Positions 35,822 through 47,895 of a DNA stretch of 64,000 nt are shown one piece after another. The notes below the pieces were generated by a model. The model searched no databases. It saw nothing but the letters and a program-made list of their open reading frames with translations, and was not told the origin of the DNA. Origin of the DNA: Sphyrna mokarran (lineage: Eukaryota); NCBI GenBank assembly GCA_024679065.1, contig JAGIQG010000010.1, positions 39,680,001 through 39,744,000 on the forward strand, given 5' to 3'. The first letter of the stretch is position 1, and every line of letters starts with the position of its first letter. The translations under genes were made by a program, and so were the position numbers.

Positions 35822-36853
35822 CAACTGTATGATGATATCAACAAGTTCCATCCCACCATCAGACTCACCATGGACTATTCTCCAGAATCAGTTGCATTCT
35901 TGGACACACGCATCTCCATCAAGGACGGTCACCTCAGCACCTCACTGTACCGCAAACCGACAGACAACCTCACAATGCTCCACTTCTCCAGCTTCCACCC
36001 TAGACACGTTAAAGAAGCCATTCCCTATGGACAAGCCCTCTGTATACACAGAATTTGCTCAGATGAGGAGGATCGTGACAGACACCTCCAGACGCTGAAG
36101 GATGCCCTCGTGAGAACAGGATATGGCGCTCGACTCATCGATCGACAGTTCCGACGTGCCACAACGATAAACCGCACTGACCTCCTCAGAAGACGAACAC
36201 GGGACACGGTGGACAGAGTACCCTTTGTTGTCCAGTACTTCCCCGGAGCGGAGAAGCTACGACATCTTCTCCGGAATCTTCAACATATCATTGATGACGA
36301 TGAACATCTCGCTAGGGCCATCCCCACCCCCCCACTTCTTGCTTTCAGACAACCGCACAACCTCAAACAGATCATTGTTCGCAGCAAACTACCCAACCTT
36401 CAGGAGAACAGTGACCACAATACCACACAACCCTGCCACAGCAACCTCTGCAAGACATGCCGGATCATAGACATGGACGACATCATCAAACGTGAGGATA
36501 CCATTCACCAGGTACACGGTACATACTCTTGCAACTCGGCCAACGTTGTCTACCTAATACGTTGCAAGAAAGGATGTCCCGAAGCATGGTATATTGGGGA
36601 GACCATGCAGACACTACGACAGCAGATGAATGAGCATCGCTCAGCAATCACCAGGCAAAACAGTTCCCTTCCTGTGGGCGAACACTTCAGCAGTCATGGG
36701 CATTCGGCCTCCGACCTGCGGGTAAATGTTCTTCAAGGGGGCTTTCGTGATACACGACAGCGCAGAGTCGCTGAGCAGAGACTGATAGCCAAGCTCCGCA
36801 CACATGAGGACGGTCTTAACAGGGATCTTGGCTTCATGACACACTATCTGTAA
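35822..36853 (+). CDS. Penelope polyprotein C-terminal fragment (RT thumb, Cys linker, GIY-YIG endonuclease); no true start codon
   Basis: Open 343 codons: INKFHPTIRLT..VAFLDT..STSLYRKPTD..LHFSSFHP; PCHSNLCKTC; NVVYLIRCKKGCPEAWYIGET..LRQQMNEHR..VGEHF..GH; EQRLI..GLNRD. Confidence 0.9.
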   Translation, partial: QLYDDINKFHPTIRLTMDYSPESVAFLDTRISIKDGHLSTSLYRKPTDNLTMLHFSSFHPRHVKEAIPYGQALCIHRICSDEEDRDRHLQTLKDALVRTGYGARLIDRQFRRATTINRTDLLRRRTRDTVDRVPFVVQYFPGAEKLRHLLRNLQHIIDDDEHLARAIPTPPLLAFRQPHNLKQIIVRSKLPNLQENSDHNTTQPCHSNLCKTCRIIDMDDIIKREDTIHQVHGTYSCNSANVVYLIRCKKGCPEAWYIGETMQTLRQQMNEHRSAITRQNSSLPVGEHFSSHGHSASDLRVNVLQGGFRDTRQRRVAEQRLIAKLRTHEDGLNRDLGFMTHYL

Positions 36854-37059
36854 CCCCCGTAACTTGCCTGGGTTAGCAAAAAACCTCACTTACTGTGCTG
36901 TCTGGAGAAAATACACAATTCTCTAACAATGCTCAGGATTCCCTTCACACACATTGTTAGCCACTTTAACACTTGAATAGCAGGTTAGATGTAAGGATTC
37001 GCATTCTAATCAGCAATCTCTGACTGTGCTGATGTGTGCTATTGCAGACCAGAACACTG

Positions 37060-37140
37060 CATTTGCCTGAGGAAGACACAGAGTGTTGAAAGCTCGCGTT
37101 TTTACTATCAAATAAATCGATTGGATTATAAATTGGTGTT
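37060..37140 (+). ncRNA. Putative minimal hammerhead ribozyme motif in Penelope 3' UTR
   Basis: CTGAGGA (37067-37073), stem II acac/gtgt, then GAAA (37088-37091) and gctcgc. PLEs are known to carry minimal type I hammerheads. Stems I and III were not verified. Confidence 0.5.
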
Positions 37141-37155
37141 GCTAAATTCTTACTG

Positions 37156-37348
37156 AATGTAGACAGAGTCAGTGGATGGGAGGCTTGTTTGTATGATGGA
37201 TTGGGCTACATTCAGGACCTTTTGTAGTTTCTTGCTGTTTTGTACGGAGCAGGAACCATACCAAGCTGTGATACAACCAAAAGAATATTTTCTGTGGTGC
37301 ATCTGTAAAACTTGGTGAGAGTCATAGCTGACATGCCAAATTTCCTAA
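37156..37348 (-). mobile_element. Rex1/Babar LINE upstream part (continuation of 35476-35821)
   Basis: Minus strand: FGMSAMTLTKFYRCTTE...WYGSCSVQNSKKLQKVLNVAQSIIQTSLPSTDSVY. Confidence 0.88.
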
Positions 37349-37413
37349 ATGTCCCAGTAAGTATTAGGGATAAAGCATGACAAACAGTAGTAGCGACACT
37401 TGAAATGCAGTGT

Positions 37414-39200
37414 CAAAGAACAAAGAACAAAACAGCACGGGAAACAGGCCCTTTGGCACAACGAGCCCGCATCGCCACCCCAATGTTCCCACCTCTACCC
37501 GCGATCCCTGTCCATGTTTAAAGATCTATGGATTAAAAACCAAATTTGAGACAATTTAGGGAGAATTTGTTTTGCCAATTAGCCTAAGAGCACATCTTTG
37601 GGATGTGGGAGGAAACCGGAGCACCTGGAGAAAACCCATGCAAGCACGGGGAGAATGCGCAAACTCCCACGGACAGAGGCCCAAATCCATGTATCCGCAC
37701 AGCACAGCGATAGTCACTGAGCTGTCGTGTTGCCCATCAAATGGTCCAGGTCAAGCGTACACGTGAAGCACGAGGATACTCACGAAAAAAAATCCAAAGC
37801 AGCCCTCTCATGACCCATCGTGTGTATGCCCCTCGTTAGACAACAAGGTGGACCAAAGCACCTGTAGGATAAAAACAAGTACATCAATATCATCAACTAT
37901 TTACACACTTCCCAGGGACTTCCAAGGCTCATGATCCCTATTTTAAATCAGTTTTCTATACCCCTCCATTCCCATTCTGATCATGTGCCCATCTAAGTAT
38001 TTCTTAAATAACTCCAGAGTACCTGCCTCCACCACTTTACCTGGCAGCGCATTCCATACCCCCACCACCCTCTGTGTGAAAAAACTCCCTCTAGCATCCA
38101 AATTATACCTTACCCCACTCACCCTAAGCCCGTGACCCCTCGTGCTATTTGAGTCCATCCTAGGAAAAAGCTTAACCTTGTTTACTCTATCTATACCCCT
38201 CATAATCTTGTACACCTCTATTAGATCTCCTCTAAGTCTACGTCTTTCTAAGGAAAACAGTCCCAATTTGCCTAACCTCTCCTCAGACCTTCCATACCAG
38301 GCAGCATCCTGGTAAACCTCCTCTGCACTCTCTCCAGAGTCTCCACGTCCTTCCGGTAGTAGGGCGGCCAGAACTGGATGCAGTATTCCAAATGAGGTCT
38401 AACCAACGTTTTATACAACTGCAACATTAAAGGCCAGCTCTTGTACTCTATACCCCTTCCTATAAAGGCTAACATACTATATGCTTTCTTCACAACCTTC
38501 TCCACTTGCTCTGCCACCTTCAGAGACTTGGTCACCTGCACCCCCAGGTCCCTCTGCGTTTCTATACTCTTAATAGGTCTACCCTTTATCATATACCTCC
38601 CCCCTACATTCTTTCTCCCGAAATGCATCACCTCACATTTATCAGGATTGAATTCCATCTGCCATCTATCTACCCAAGCTACCAGCCTATCTATGTCCTG
38701 CTGCATCGCCTGACAATGCTCCTCACTATCCGCAAGTCCAGCCATCTTTGTATCGTCTGCAAACTTGCTGATCACTCCACTTACTCCCTCTTCCAAGTCA
38801 TTTATATATATTACAAATAGAAGAGGTCCCAGTACCGAGCCCTGCTGCACACCACTAGTGACCGACCTCCAGCTAGAGCAATACCCTTCCACTATTACTC
38901 TCTGTCTCCTATTACCAAGCCAGTTACTTATCCATCTAGCTACCTGTCCTTGTATCCCATTAGCCTTGACCTTCTCGACTAACCTCCCATGAGGGCCTTT
39001 GTCAAACGCCTTACTAAAATCCATATAGACGACATCAACAGCTCGCCCTTCGTCCATCGTTTTCATCACCTCCTCAAAAAATTCTACCAGATTTGTAAGG
39101 CACGACCTCCCCTTAACAAATCCATGCTGCGTATCCCTAATCAGATCGCAACACTCTAAGTGCCTATACATCCTATCTCTAAGAATCCCCTCCAACAGTT
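37414..39200 (-). mobile_element. 5'-truncated CR1 with V-SINE-like module in its 3' UTR (copy 2)
   Basis: RT ORF 38272-39195 ([28 protein letters not shown]), C-terminus 37943-38266, 3' UTR containing a V-domain, (ttctttg)n tail. Confidence 0.95.
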
Positions 39201-39902
39201 CATTTCAAGACTCAGTGACCTGAAGGCTGTAAACAACTTTACAATGTAGATTTCAAATATTGTTTTACTTTGTGCTTGTAACTCTATTTTCAGACCCTCT
39301 CAATCATATTTTTATTTTAAAATGCAGTTACACAACTGCTTTTGCATTGCTGCAAAGCAGTTTCTAAAATGATGGCATTGCTCCAAAGTCCATACCTATT
39401 TGATTCAAAACAAGAAATTACAAGACCTCTCTGGGATATATCCTGCATTTTTGGCAATCAACAGGAAGACAGATTAAAAAAAAAACATCCAAAAGCTTAA
39501 ACCATGCTTGGGATTCATTGGCTTATTTAGCTAACATTTTGACAAATGAATTCTCTGTCCATACCTTGATTTAGTGTTTGGTTTGGGAGCAACCAAAAAA
39601 ACATCCTTAGAGTTCTCATCTTACAACAAGGAATGGATTTGTGACCAGGCAGTATAATTAGAGCAATCTGATGCTGGAATCAGATAGTCAATGTTATTCA
39701 ACAACCACGTATTGCTGAAATCTTCTGGATGTGTGTTTTTCAGTCATGAGAGAAGGTTGTACTGTAGAGCAAGATGATACTGGCTTTGCACCTAAGTAAG
39801 AAGCTTCTGCTTGCACAATCAGCATTGGATTAACATAATTGTCCTTGCCTGTTCTGCATAACATTTTACACAGTCTTCAAAATATCAAGAGAATAGAAGA
39901 AG

Positions 39903-40170
39903 GGGTAGCACTCACAGCTCTGGGGATGCGGGTTCAATTCAACCTTGGGTGACTGTGTGAATTTTCTTCAGGTACTTCAGTTCCCTACCACAGTCCAAAG
40001 ATGTGCAGGTTAGGTGGATTGGCCATGCTAAATTGTCCATTAGTGTCCCAAGGAATGTAGATTAAAGGGATTAGCAGGATGAATATGTGGATAGGGGGAT
40101 AGAGCAGAAGGGTAGGCCTGGGTAAGACTCTCTATAAGAATGGCCTCTTTCTGCAATGTAGGAATTCTGT
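39903..40170 (+). mobile_element. HE1-like V-SINE
   Basis: gggttcaattc...ttgggtgactgtgtg, cacagtccaaagatgtgcaggttaggtggattggccatgctaaattgtcc, tail aatggcctctttctgcaatgtaggaattct. Confidence 0.85.
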
Positions 40171-40999
40171 AAGATCAGCACCATTAAATGGTAGAGCAGG
40201 CAGAAAAGGCTAAATTGCCTACTTCTAGTTCTTATGTTTTACTCATCAATATCTGGCTTGAAAGCTCTAATTGTCCTAATGGCATTTCCTTTTTATGTGG
40301 AAGTCAACACACAAAACAAAAATGTGGCAGCCAACCAATTAACAAGATGGAGACGTGGGGCCCAGTGAATTAAATTTTGAGGATGGGCAGCAAGACAATG
40401 AACTCAGTGCCAGCTGATGAGAGCACAAGGACCGGTGTCATTTTCAAATAGTTGTTCGACCTGACTCTGAACTTCCCACATCACCATATCACCCACTGCA
40501 AGGAATCATCATTTTGGAAAGAGACAGCCATTAATTCCCAAAGAAAGAATCATTAATTCCCAGAGTAAGCGCTATCAACTCCATTGTCTTCAGTGGAGCC
40601 AAAGGCTTTAAAGAGGCAGACATGACAGTACAGGCAAAGGGTGGCCTCATTGTCCAGTGGTTCCTTAATCCCGATTCTCTTCCAGGCTTCCCAAGAATGG
40701 TGGAAGGTGCTGTTCTCTACACCCCACCCCTACTCCCATCTGTCCAAGGATGCCTTGATGAAAGAGAAGCAGAGATTAGTAGCTATCTACCTGGATGCAG
40801 TGTCAAAATCAGGTTAATGACCTCTACACTGCCTGACTGGCTATGGCTAAATCGAAGAAATTGCTGCAGTCACCTTGAATGCATAGTGATTTGAGGAAGA
40901 ACTGGTGTCAAAGAGCATTTAAGCCTGAGAAACTACATTAATGTTTCACTTCCTCCTCCTCTAGCTAAAAAACAGGTACTGTGAGGAGAACAAACAAGA

Positions 41000-42750
41000 T
41001 AAAAGCAAGCTACGATCTTGCTCTGTTGCAATAGTAGCGGTCACAAGGGAAAGAACTGATTGGTAAGTAGAAAAGGTCAGATAAGTATTGAATAGTTTTA
41101 CCACTTGTAGTCTCAGAGGTAATTTCTGCGGTTTATAGTTTGTAAAGGTTATATTCGGTAGTAACAAGGAGCAGGAAAGAAGGGCCTTAGAGAATTGGAT
41201 ATAATCTGAAACAAAACATCTTTCAAAAGTTTAAGTTAAAGGGGTAAGACAAGGCAGGAGAGTTCTAAGCCACAGAATGCTCTTCATGTCCATGGGGAAG
41301 GCCAGGAACGTTTCCAGTGCATGTGTGCAGAAAGTGTCTCCAGCTGCAGATCCTGAAAGTCCATGTTTCAGAGCTGGAGTGGTGGCTGGGGACACTGTGA
41401 AGCATCCATGAGGTGGAAAATGTTGTGAATAGCACTCTAGAGAAATGGTCACACCACAGTCTAAGACACCACAAGCAGGAAGAGAGTGGATGACCATTAG
41501 ACAGAGCAAGAGAGCTCGGCAGTTAGTGCAGGAATGCTATTACCATACAAAATAAATATACCATTTTGGATACTGTTGAGGGGAATGGCCTTTCAGGGGA
41601 AAACAGCAACAGCCAAAACCGTTGCACCATGATTGGTTTTTCCGCAGAGAGGAGGATTAAAAGGTATGGGAATGCAATAATTATAGAGGACTCAATTGTA
41701 AGGGGGATAGATAGGTGTTTCTGTGGCCGAAAACAGGACTCCAGGATGATATGTTGCCTACCTGGTGTGAAGGTCAAAGATGTCTCAGAGCACCTGCAGG
41801 ACATTCTGAAAAAAGGTGAACAACCAGTAGTTGTAGAACACGTTGGTATAAACGACATTAGTGAAAAAGAATATAGGGAGCTAGGAAGCAAGCTGAAAAG
41901 TAGGACCTCAGAAGGTAGTGATCTCTGGATTATTACCTGTGCCATGTGCTAATCGGAGTAGAAACAACAGGATATATCAGATGAATACATGGCTGAAAAG
42001 ATGGTATGAAGTGGTGGGTTTTGGATTCCTAAGACATTGGGAACAGTTCTGGGGGAAGTGGGACCTGTACAAACTAGACAGGTCACATCTGGGCATGATT
42101 GGGACTGATGTCCTGGGGACGGGGGTATACTGCTAGAGTGATTGGGAAACTGATATGGCAGAGGGATGGGAACCTTTGCAAGGATTCAGAACAGGGGCGA
42201 ATTAAGAACAAGATGAAAAGACAGTCAGAAAAATAAGGAAATTGATAGGCAGAGAAATCAAGGGCCAGAGTTAGATAAGGACTGAATGGAAAACAGTAGG
42301 AAAGGAAAATGAAACGTTCAAAGTGCCCATCTTAAGGTTTTGTACCTGAATGCTTGGAGCATTCAAAACAAAAGGGATAAATTAGTTGCACAGATAGATG
42401 TAAAGGGATATGATATAGTTGGCATTACAGAGATGTGGCTCCAAGGTGAGCAAGGATTGGAACTAAACATTGATGGTTATTTAGTATTTAGGAAGGACAG
42501 ACAGAAAAGAAAAGATGGTGGAGTTGCAGTGTTGATTAAAGATGACTTTGATACGATATCGAGAAAGATATTAACAGATGATGTGGAATCTGTGTGAGTC
42601 AAAGTAAGAAAAAAGAAAGGGCAAAATACATTCATGGGGTGGAATACAGGCCATCAAACTGTAGTGGTAATGTTGGGAAAAACATTAAACAGGAAATCAG
42701 AGATGCATGTATTAAAGGAACATCTGTGATTATGGGAGACTTTAATCATG
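41000..42750 (+). mobile_element. CR1 5' portion: decayed ORF1 (SGNH/esterase-like) and start of ORF2 APE endonuclease
   Basis: ORF1 remnant IIIEDSIVRGIDRCFCG...CCLPGVKVKDVSEHLQDIL..QPVVVEHVGINDI. ORF2 YLNAWSIQNK..YDIVGITEMWL..FRKDR..GGVAVLIK..VIMGDFN. Confidence 0.92.
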
Positions 42751-43257
42751 GCCCCCTCTTCCATTATGGTAGCAGTTTCCAAAGACAGCTCCACAATAGC
42801 TGACCTTCCCCTTCAGAGTTTGAGGTCTCATCTGAATACCACCACCTTTTCAGGGGTCTGATGGCCTGTGACCTCCCCACTGTTTGCTATGTATTTAATT
42901 AACAAGGTACAATTAGATTCTGCTCAATTGCATTTCAAGTGCCTCTTCAACAAGCTTAATGACCTTTTTTGTTGCTTTCATGCAGTTATCACTGTCTCAC
43001 AGCCTCCCCATAAAATCCAGCACAAAGTTCCTAGCATTGCCTTCTGACATAGTACTTCCTGTATGACTTTACAAACTCATCCTTTGTTCCATAATTCCAT
43101 TCCCCTCCCCCACCTCACCTCCAGAATTTCACCCTTCTTCTCAGATGAATAGTCCAAATTAGTACAATCTTTGTAAAATAAGTGCAAGTACATATTTTCT
43201 GTTCCACACTTAACTGAATGGATTTCACAATGTTAACAGTGTATATTCCTCAACACA

Positions 43258-43450
43258 AGGAAGTCATCTGGTGCAGTGGTGGCACCTCTGCCTCTGGGAG
43301 AGAAGCTCTAGCTTCAAGTTCCACTTTAGAACTTGATGACCATCGTAGGTGCATTCATAACATAGCCAAGCAGACTGACTACCAGTCTGCAAACTTTTCC
43401 AATACACCCCTTGGCAGGGATACGTGCAAGAGAATTTCTTGATCTATCAT
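43258..43450 (+). mobile_element. tRNA-derived SINE fragment
   Basis: tggtgcagtggtggcacctctgcctctggg...gcttcaagttccact resembles A/B-box tRNA head. Confidence 0.45.
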
Positions 43451-43555
43451 ACTGTAGAAATCAACAAGAAAGCACTGCAGTACTTTATTGAGCATAATTA
43501 TGGACTGATCCAATGGAAGTCCAAGGTTGCCAGAGCTTGGTATTTGGAGGAGGAC

Positions 43556-43641
43556 TCACCAAGTGAAGGAACAGCACTCCAAAAGCTCATAATTCCAAAT
43601 AAACCTGTTGGACTTTACTCCGGTGTTGTGAGACTTCTTAC
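43556..43641 (+). mobile_element. Penelope terminal remnant
   Basis: tgaaggaacagcactccaaaagctcataattccaaataaacctgttggactttactccggtgttgtgagacttcttac, homologous to 29213-29395. Confidence 0.75.
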
Positions 43642-45407
43642 AGAGGAGGAGGAACAGGTTCCTCGACACAAGGTACTTGTTGATATTTTGTTTCGGCTTC
43701 TTAACTTGCAAAGCCATTCACCATGAGCCACAAGAGGTAACCACTTGTTTTGTATTGAGACTCAAGAGCTGTATTCTCTGCAGTTGTAGAAACACAGATC
43801 CAATTAAATCCCATTCGAAAGCTACCTGTTTTTTTCACATTGTAAATAGCAGCAACATTCAGTGATGGAAGAGAGCATGCATTTGTTTTTATTATGGCCT
43901 CAGGTTGAGTGAATAATTGTTTTGTGGGTACTACATCTGGAGATTAACAATTGCAGATAAATTTCCAGCTACATTAAATTAAGAACTGTACTACTAGACC
44001 TTTAGAATAAAAAAGCCCTGCACTTTATAAAGAGCAATGCTTTCTATTCTCTGTTCTACAGTGTTAGCTACTTCAAAGGTCTGATTCAATCTCTGCTGCT
44101 GAAAAAAGGTTTAATCAATTGCCTCCCAGCTCCACGGTGATGACCATTCTTGCAAAGTAGGCTCTCTCCTTATAGATAAGGCAAGCTGTTTGGATTCAAG
44201 TTAAGTTATTGCAACAGAAGGCAACCAAATATCCTCTATTATATTAAATAGACCACAGTTAAATCTGCATATATTAAAACAGAACAATTTATCCTATTTC
44301 ATCTGTTTAGTATAATTCATGTATGTTGTAATGCTGAAATTTATGCCAATCAACAAATAATGCCTTGATTTTTTTTCAATAATCACGTAACAGTTTACAA
44401 TTCGCAAATATCATTCAAGGAGGATACCTCACTACCTACAGCTGCCACTACAAAAATAACTTACAGTAGATAAAATCCACCAAAGACGGCTGTGTAGGAT
44501 ATATGTGATTTTTTTTCAGGTCTATGCTGCAATTTTATGCTGCCTGATTTGCTAAGTGTGAGTATTGATTGTTTTTTTTCCTGTTTCTAATTAGTTTCTT
44601 CAATTTTAGAAAGGCAAAGCAAACACATTCTGTTAATTTCTTTTCTCATTTCTGAATTATCTATTTTGTAAATCACTTTCTGCAAAGAAATTAAATTAGG
44701 TCTCCATGTCTAGTTTTGGTTCAGCAATATCCCTTTAAATACAGACACAAAAATAGAAGCAATTTAAAAAAAAACAACTGCAATTTAGATTGTGTATTAA
44801 GCTTATTCCAATTCAATGTATAATCTTCACCATTCACAGGTCAGAGAGAGGAGTAATTCAAATCTAATGACTACCATTTATATTATTGTATTTAACTGAC
44901 AGATCTTTTATGAATTTGACTGATGTGATGTTCAGAATCCAGGAAAGCACTGAAATTTAAAATTTGCTGAAATAAGAGTGTTTGGAAGTTTCAGGTGAAT
45001 AAATTTGAAACTAATTGATCCACCTGAAACTCTAAAAGGGTCAAATCATTTGAATGTCGCAGTAAAAGTGTTGGCTAAGTGAGCTTGTACATTGTTAAAA
45101 ACAAAATCAAGAGAAAGAACCATTGTTATTTCAAATTAATTTACAAAGAGTTAACTTATTTACTAGAGCAGGCACTTTATCCTATTGCTCAATTGAAGAA
45201 TGAGATAACCCTGTGGGTAATATGCATGCAGGTCATTGAGGCAGGTGAGAGGAGGGAGAATGTGGAGGGTTTGACTCACAGTTCATTGGCTCATTATCTG
45301 CTGGTACTTCACCTTAAGTCATTTCCTTGGCAGTTTTCTTTTGGTCTGCGGTGGTTTGCCATTGCCTTCCAGTCAGGAGCAGTGCAAGGAGACTGGTTTG
45401 TAACTGG

Positions 45408-46630
45408 TTTGATTAGTAAGTTTGCAGATGACACAAAGTTTGGTGGATTTGCAAATAGTGATGAGGACTGTCAGAGAATACAGCAGGATATAAATCAGCT
45501 GGAGACTTGGGTAGAGTAATCCAGACAAATGTGAGGTAATCATTTTGGAAGATCTAGTAAAGATAGGAAATATACAATAAATGACACGATCCTTGAGAGT
45601 ATTGATAGGCAGAGGGATCTGGGTGTACAGGTACACCGGTCATTGGAAGTGGCAATGCAGGTGGAGAAGGTAGTCAAGAAGACGTATGGCATGCTTGCTT
45701 TCATTGGCCGGAGCACTGAGTTTAAAAATTGGCAAGTCATAGAACATAAAACAGTGCAGCACAGTATAGTTGTGCTGAGCTTTGCCCAAAACCAAGATCA
45801 AGCTATCCTTCTCCCTATCGTTCTGGTATGCCCCACGTGTCTATCCGCTTGAAAGTTCCTAAAATGTCCGATTCCACTATCACAGCAGGCAGCTATTCCA
45901 TATCCAAGCGTTCTCTGAGTAAAGACCCTACCTTGGACATCCCTCTTATATCTCCTATCATAAATTTATTGCTAGATCTCCTAGTAACAGCTACACCCAC
46001 CCGAGCAAATAGTCTCTGAATGTCCACTCTATCTATCCCCCTCATCATCTTATAAACCTCTATTAAGTCACCTATCTTGCAGCTTTATAGAACCTTAGGG
46101 CGTACATGGAATATAGTATTCAATTTTGATCACCACATTACTAGAAGATTGTGGAGACTTTAGTGAGGATACAGACAAGATTTATCAGGATGTTGTCTGG
46201 TATCGAGAGCATTAGCCATGAGGAGAGGTTGGAGAAACTTGATTTGTTCTCAGTGGAATGATGGAGGTTGAGGAGCAACCTGATAGAAGTCTACAAGATT
46301 ATGAGGGGCATGGACAGAATGGATAGTCAGGAATGTTTTTCCAGGATGGAAGAGTCAATTACTAGGGGACATAAGTTTAAGTTTAAAGGAGATGTATAAG
46401 GGAGTTTTTTTTTTTTACACAGAAGGTTGTGGATGTCTGGAACTTGGTGCTGGGGGAAGTAATTGAAGCGAATATGATGTGATTTTTTAGGGGCATCTGG
46501 ACAAATACATGAGTAGGATGGGAATAGAGGGATATGGCTCCCAGAAGGGTAGGGAGTTTTAGTTCATAGACAGTGCAGGCTTGAAGGGCTGAAGGGCCTG
46601 TTCAGGTTCTGTAATCTTCTTTGTTCTTTG
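45408..46630 (+). mobile_element. CR1 3' half interrupted by an inverted CR1 tail at 45741-46073
   Basis: [14 protein letters not shown]...RDLGVQVH...EFKNWQV, break at 45740, resumes ttgcagctttatagaacc at about 46074. Ends ttctttgttctttg. Confidence 0.9.
45741..46073 (-). mobile_element. Nested CR1 3' fragment
   Basis: agaacataaaacagtgcagcacag tail, and ctctatctatccccctcatcatcttataaacctctattaagtcacct (reverse complement of GDLIEVYKMMRGIDR). Confidence 0.85.
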
Positions 46631-47454
46631 CATTGAGATAGCTCCCAAGTCTACTTCAACCAGAATAGTCATTGAACACATGCTGTCGGTGGAATCATAT
46701 GCTAGTCATCTAACCAACTGAGCTAACAGGTCCCCCTACGTAAGTAGCTTTACATAACTCATTTATGTGATGTTTCTTATGTAGTTGTTCATCTTTTGCA
46801 AAAAGCTATAATCTTCCAGCACAAAAGGATTTGGCCCATTAAATCTGCTGGCTCTTTGAAATAGCTATCCAATTAGTCCTCCTTCAATCTTTTTCCAGAA
46901 CCCTATAAATTTTTGATATTTCAAGCATTTCTCTAATTTCATTTTGAAAGTTACCATTAGGTTTGCTTCTACCACCCATTCAGAAAATGCATTACAACTT
47001 GCTGATGAAAAGAATTCTCAGCTCCTCTCAACGTAATAGACATTTTAAATCTCAGTTGGAGTCAGGTGTGATATTTTACCATTTTGAAGACCAGAGTTAG
47101 ATCTAATGGAATCAAACAACTAAGAGCAATGGCTAGAAATGATTTGCTGTTCACTTTCTAGTTGCAGTGTCAAAAGTTTACATAGATTCCACGGCAAGTA
47201 TAGCCACTCTCTGAAATACAGATCATATAGACTCACCCATCAAAAGTGGTTTGAAAATTAGTGCCAATATAATTTAGAGTAAGAAGGTAAGTAAAGATCA
47301 AAAACATAACAATGGCCAAACAATAATCTATGTCTCATGAAAAAAATGTTGTCCACTCAGGTAAACCCCGGAACCAGGAGTCTTCTACCTGATATGAAGC
47401 ACAACAACACAAAACTGCTACATCCTCTATATTATACTGTTTCATAGGACTGAA

Positions 47455-47895
47455 TGCTCTCTTTAACTTTTCACTCCTTGACAGAGCATAGGCCATGGAC
47501 AAATTCTCTTCACCTAATCCTGCTTTGGGCTAAACTCTCCAATTGTTACCATGTATATCACTTGGTTTTCATCTCCTTTTTTGCATCCCTCCTCCATGTG
47601 TTTCTTGGTCTGCCTTGCTTTCTCCTTTCTTCAGTGTTCCATGTGAGATCTTGCCGTTCAATGATGTTCTGTGGCTTCCTCAAAGTATGGCCTATCCAAT
47701 TCTACTTTAGCTTTTTGATTTAGAAGATCATCAGGTCTTGTTTAGATATCTCCTCTCATAGCCCAATATTATTGATGGTATTTGTCTGGTTTCCTTCTGA
47801 GCATGTGTTGGTGAAAGATCAGATTTTTATCAACATTGTTTTAGTGGTCCTCCATATTTCAGAGCCATAAAAAAGAACAGACTTTACAAGACTGA
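47455..47895 (-). mobile_element. RTE-clade LINE 3' fragment
   Basis: Minus strand: KWIGHTLRK...LTWNTE..RKQGRPRNTWRR, typical of the RTE C-terminus. Confidence 0.8.

Larger units (their letters stand above)
35822..37155 (+). mobile_element. Penelope-like retroelement, 5'-truncated
   Basis: RT thumb + GIY-YIG ORF and a PLE-type 3' UTR. Flanked by a 12-bp duplication aatgtagacaga (35810-35821 and 37156-37167). Confidence 0.95.

Noticed and set aside
40360-40950. Second Harbinger transposase N-terminal remnant
   Set aside because: Only a faint FWKETA-like resemblance; too degraded to support.
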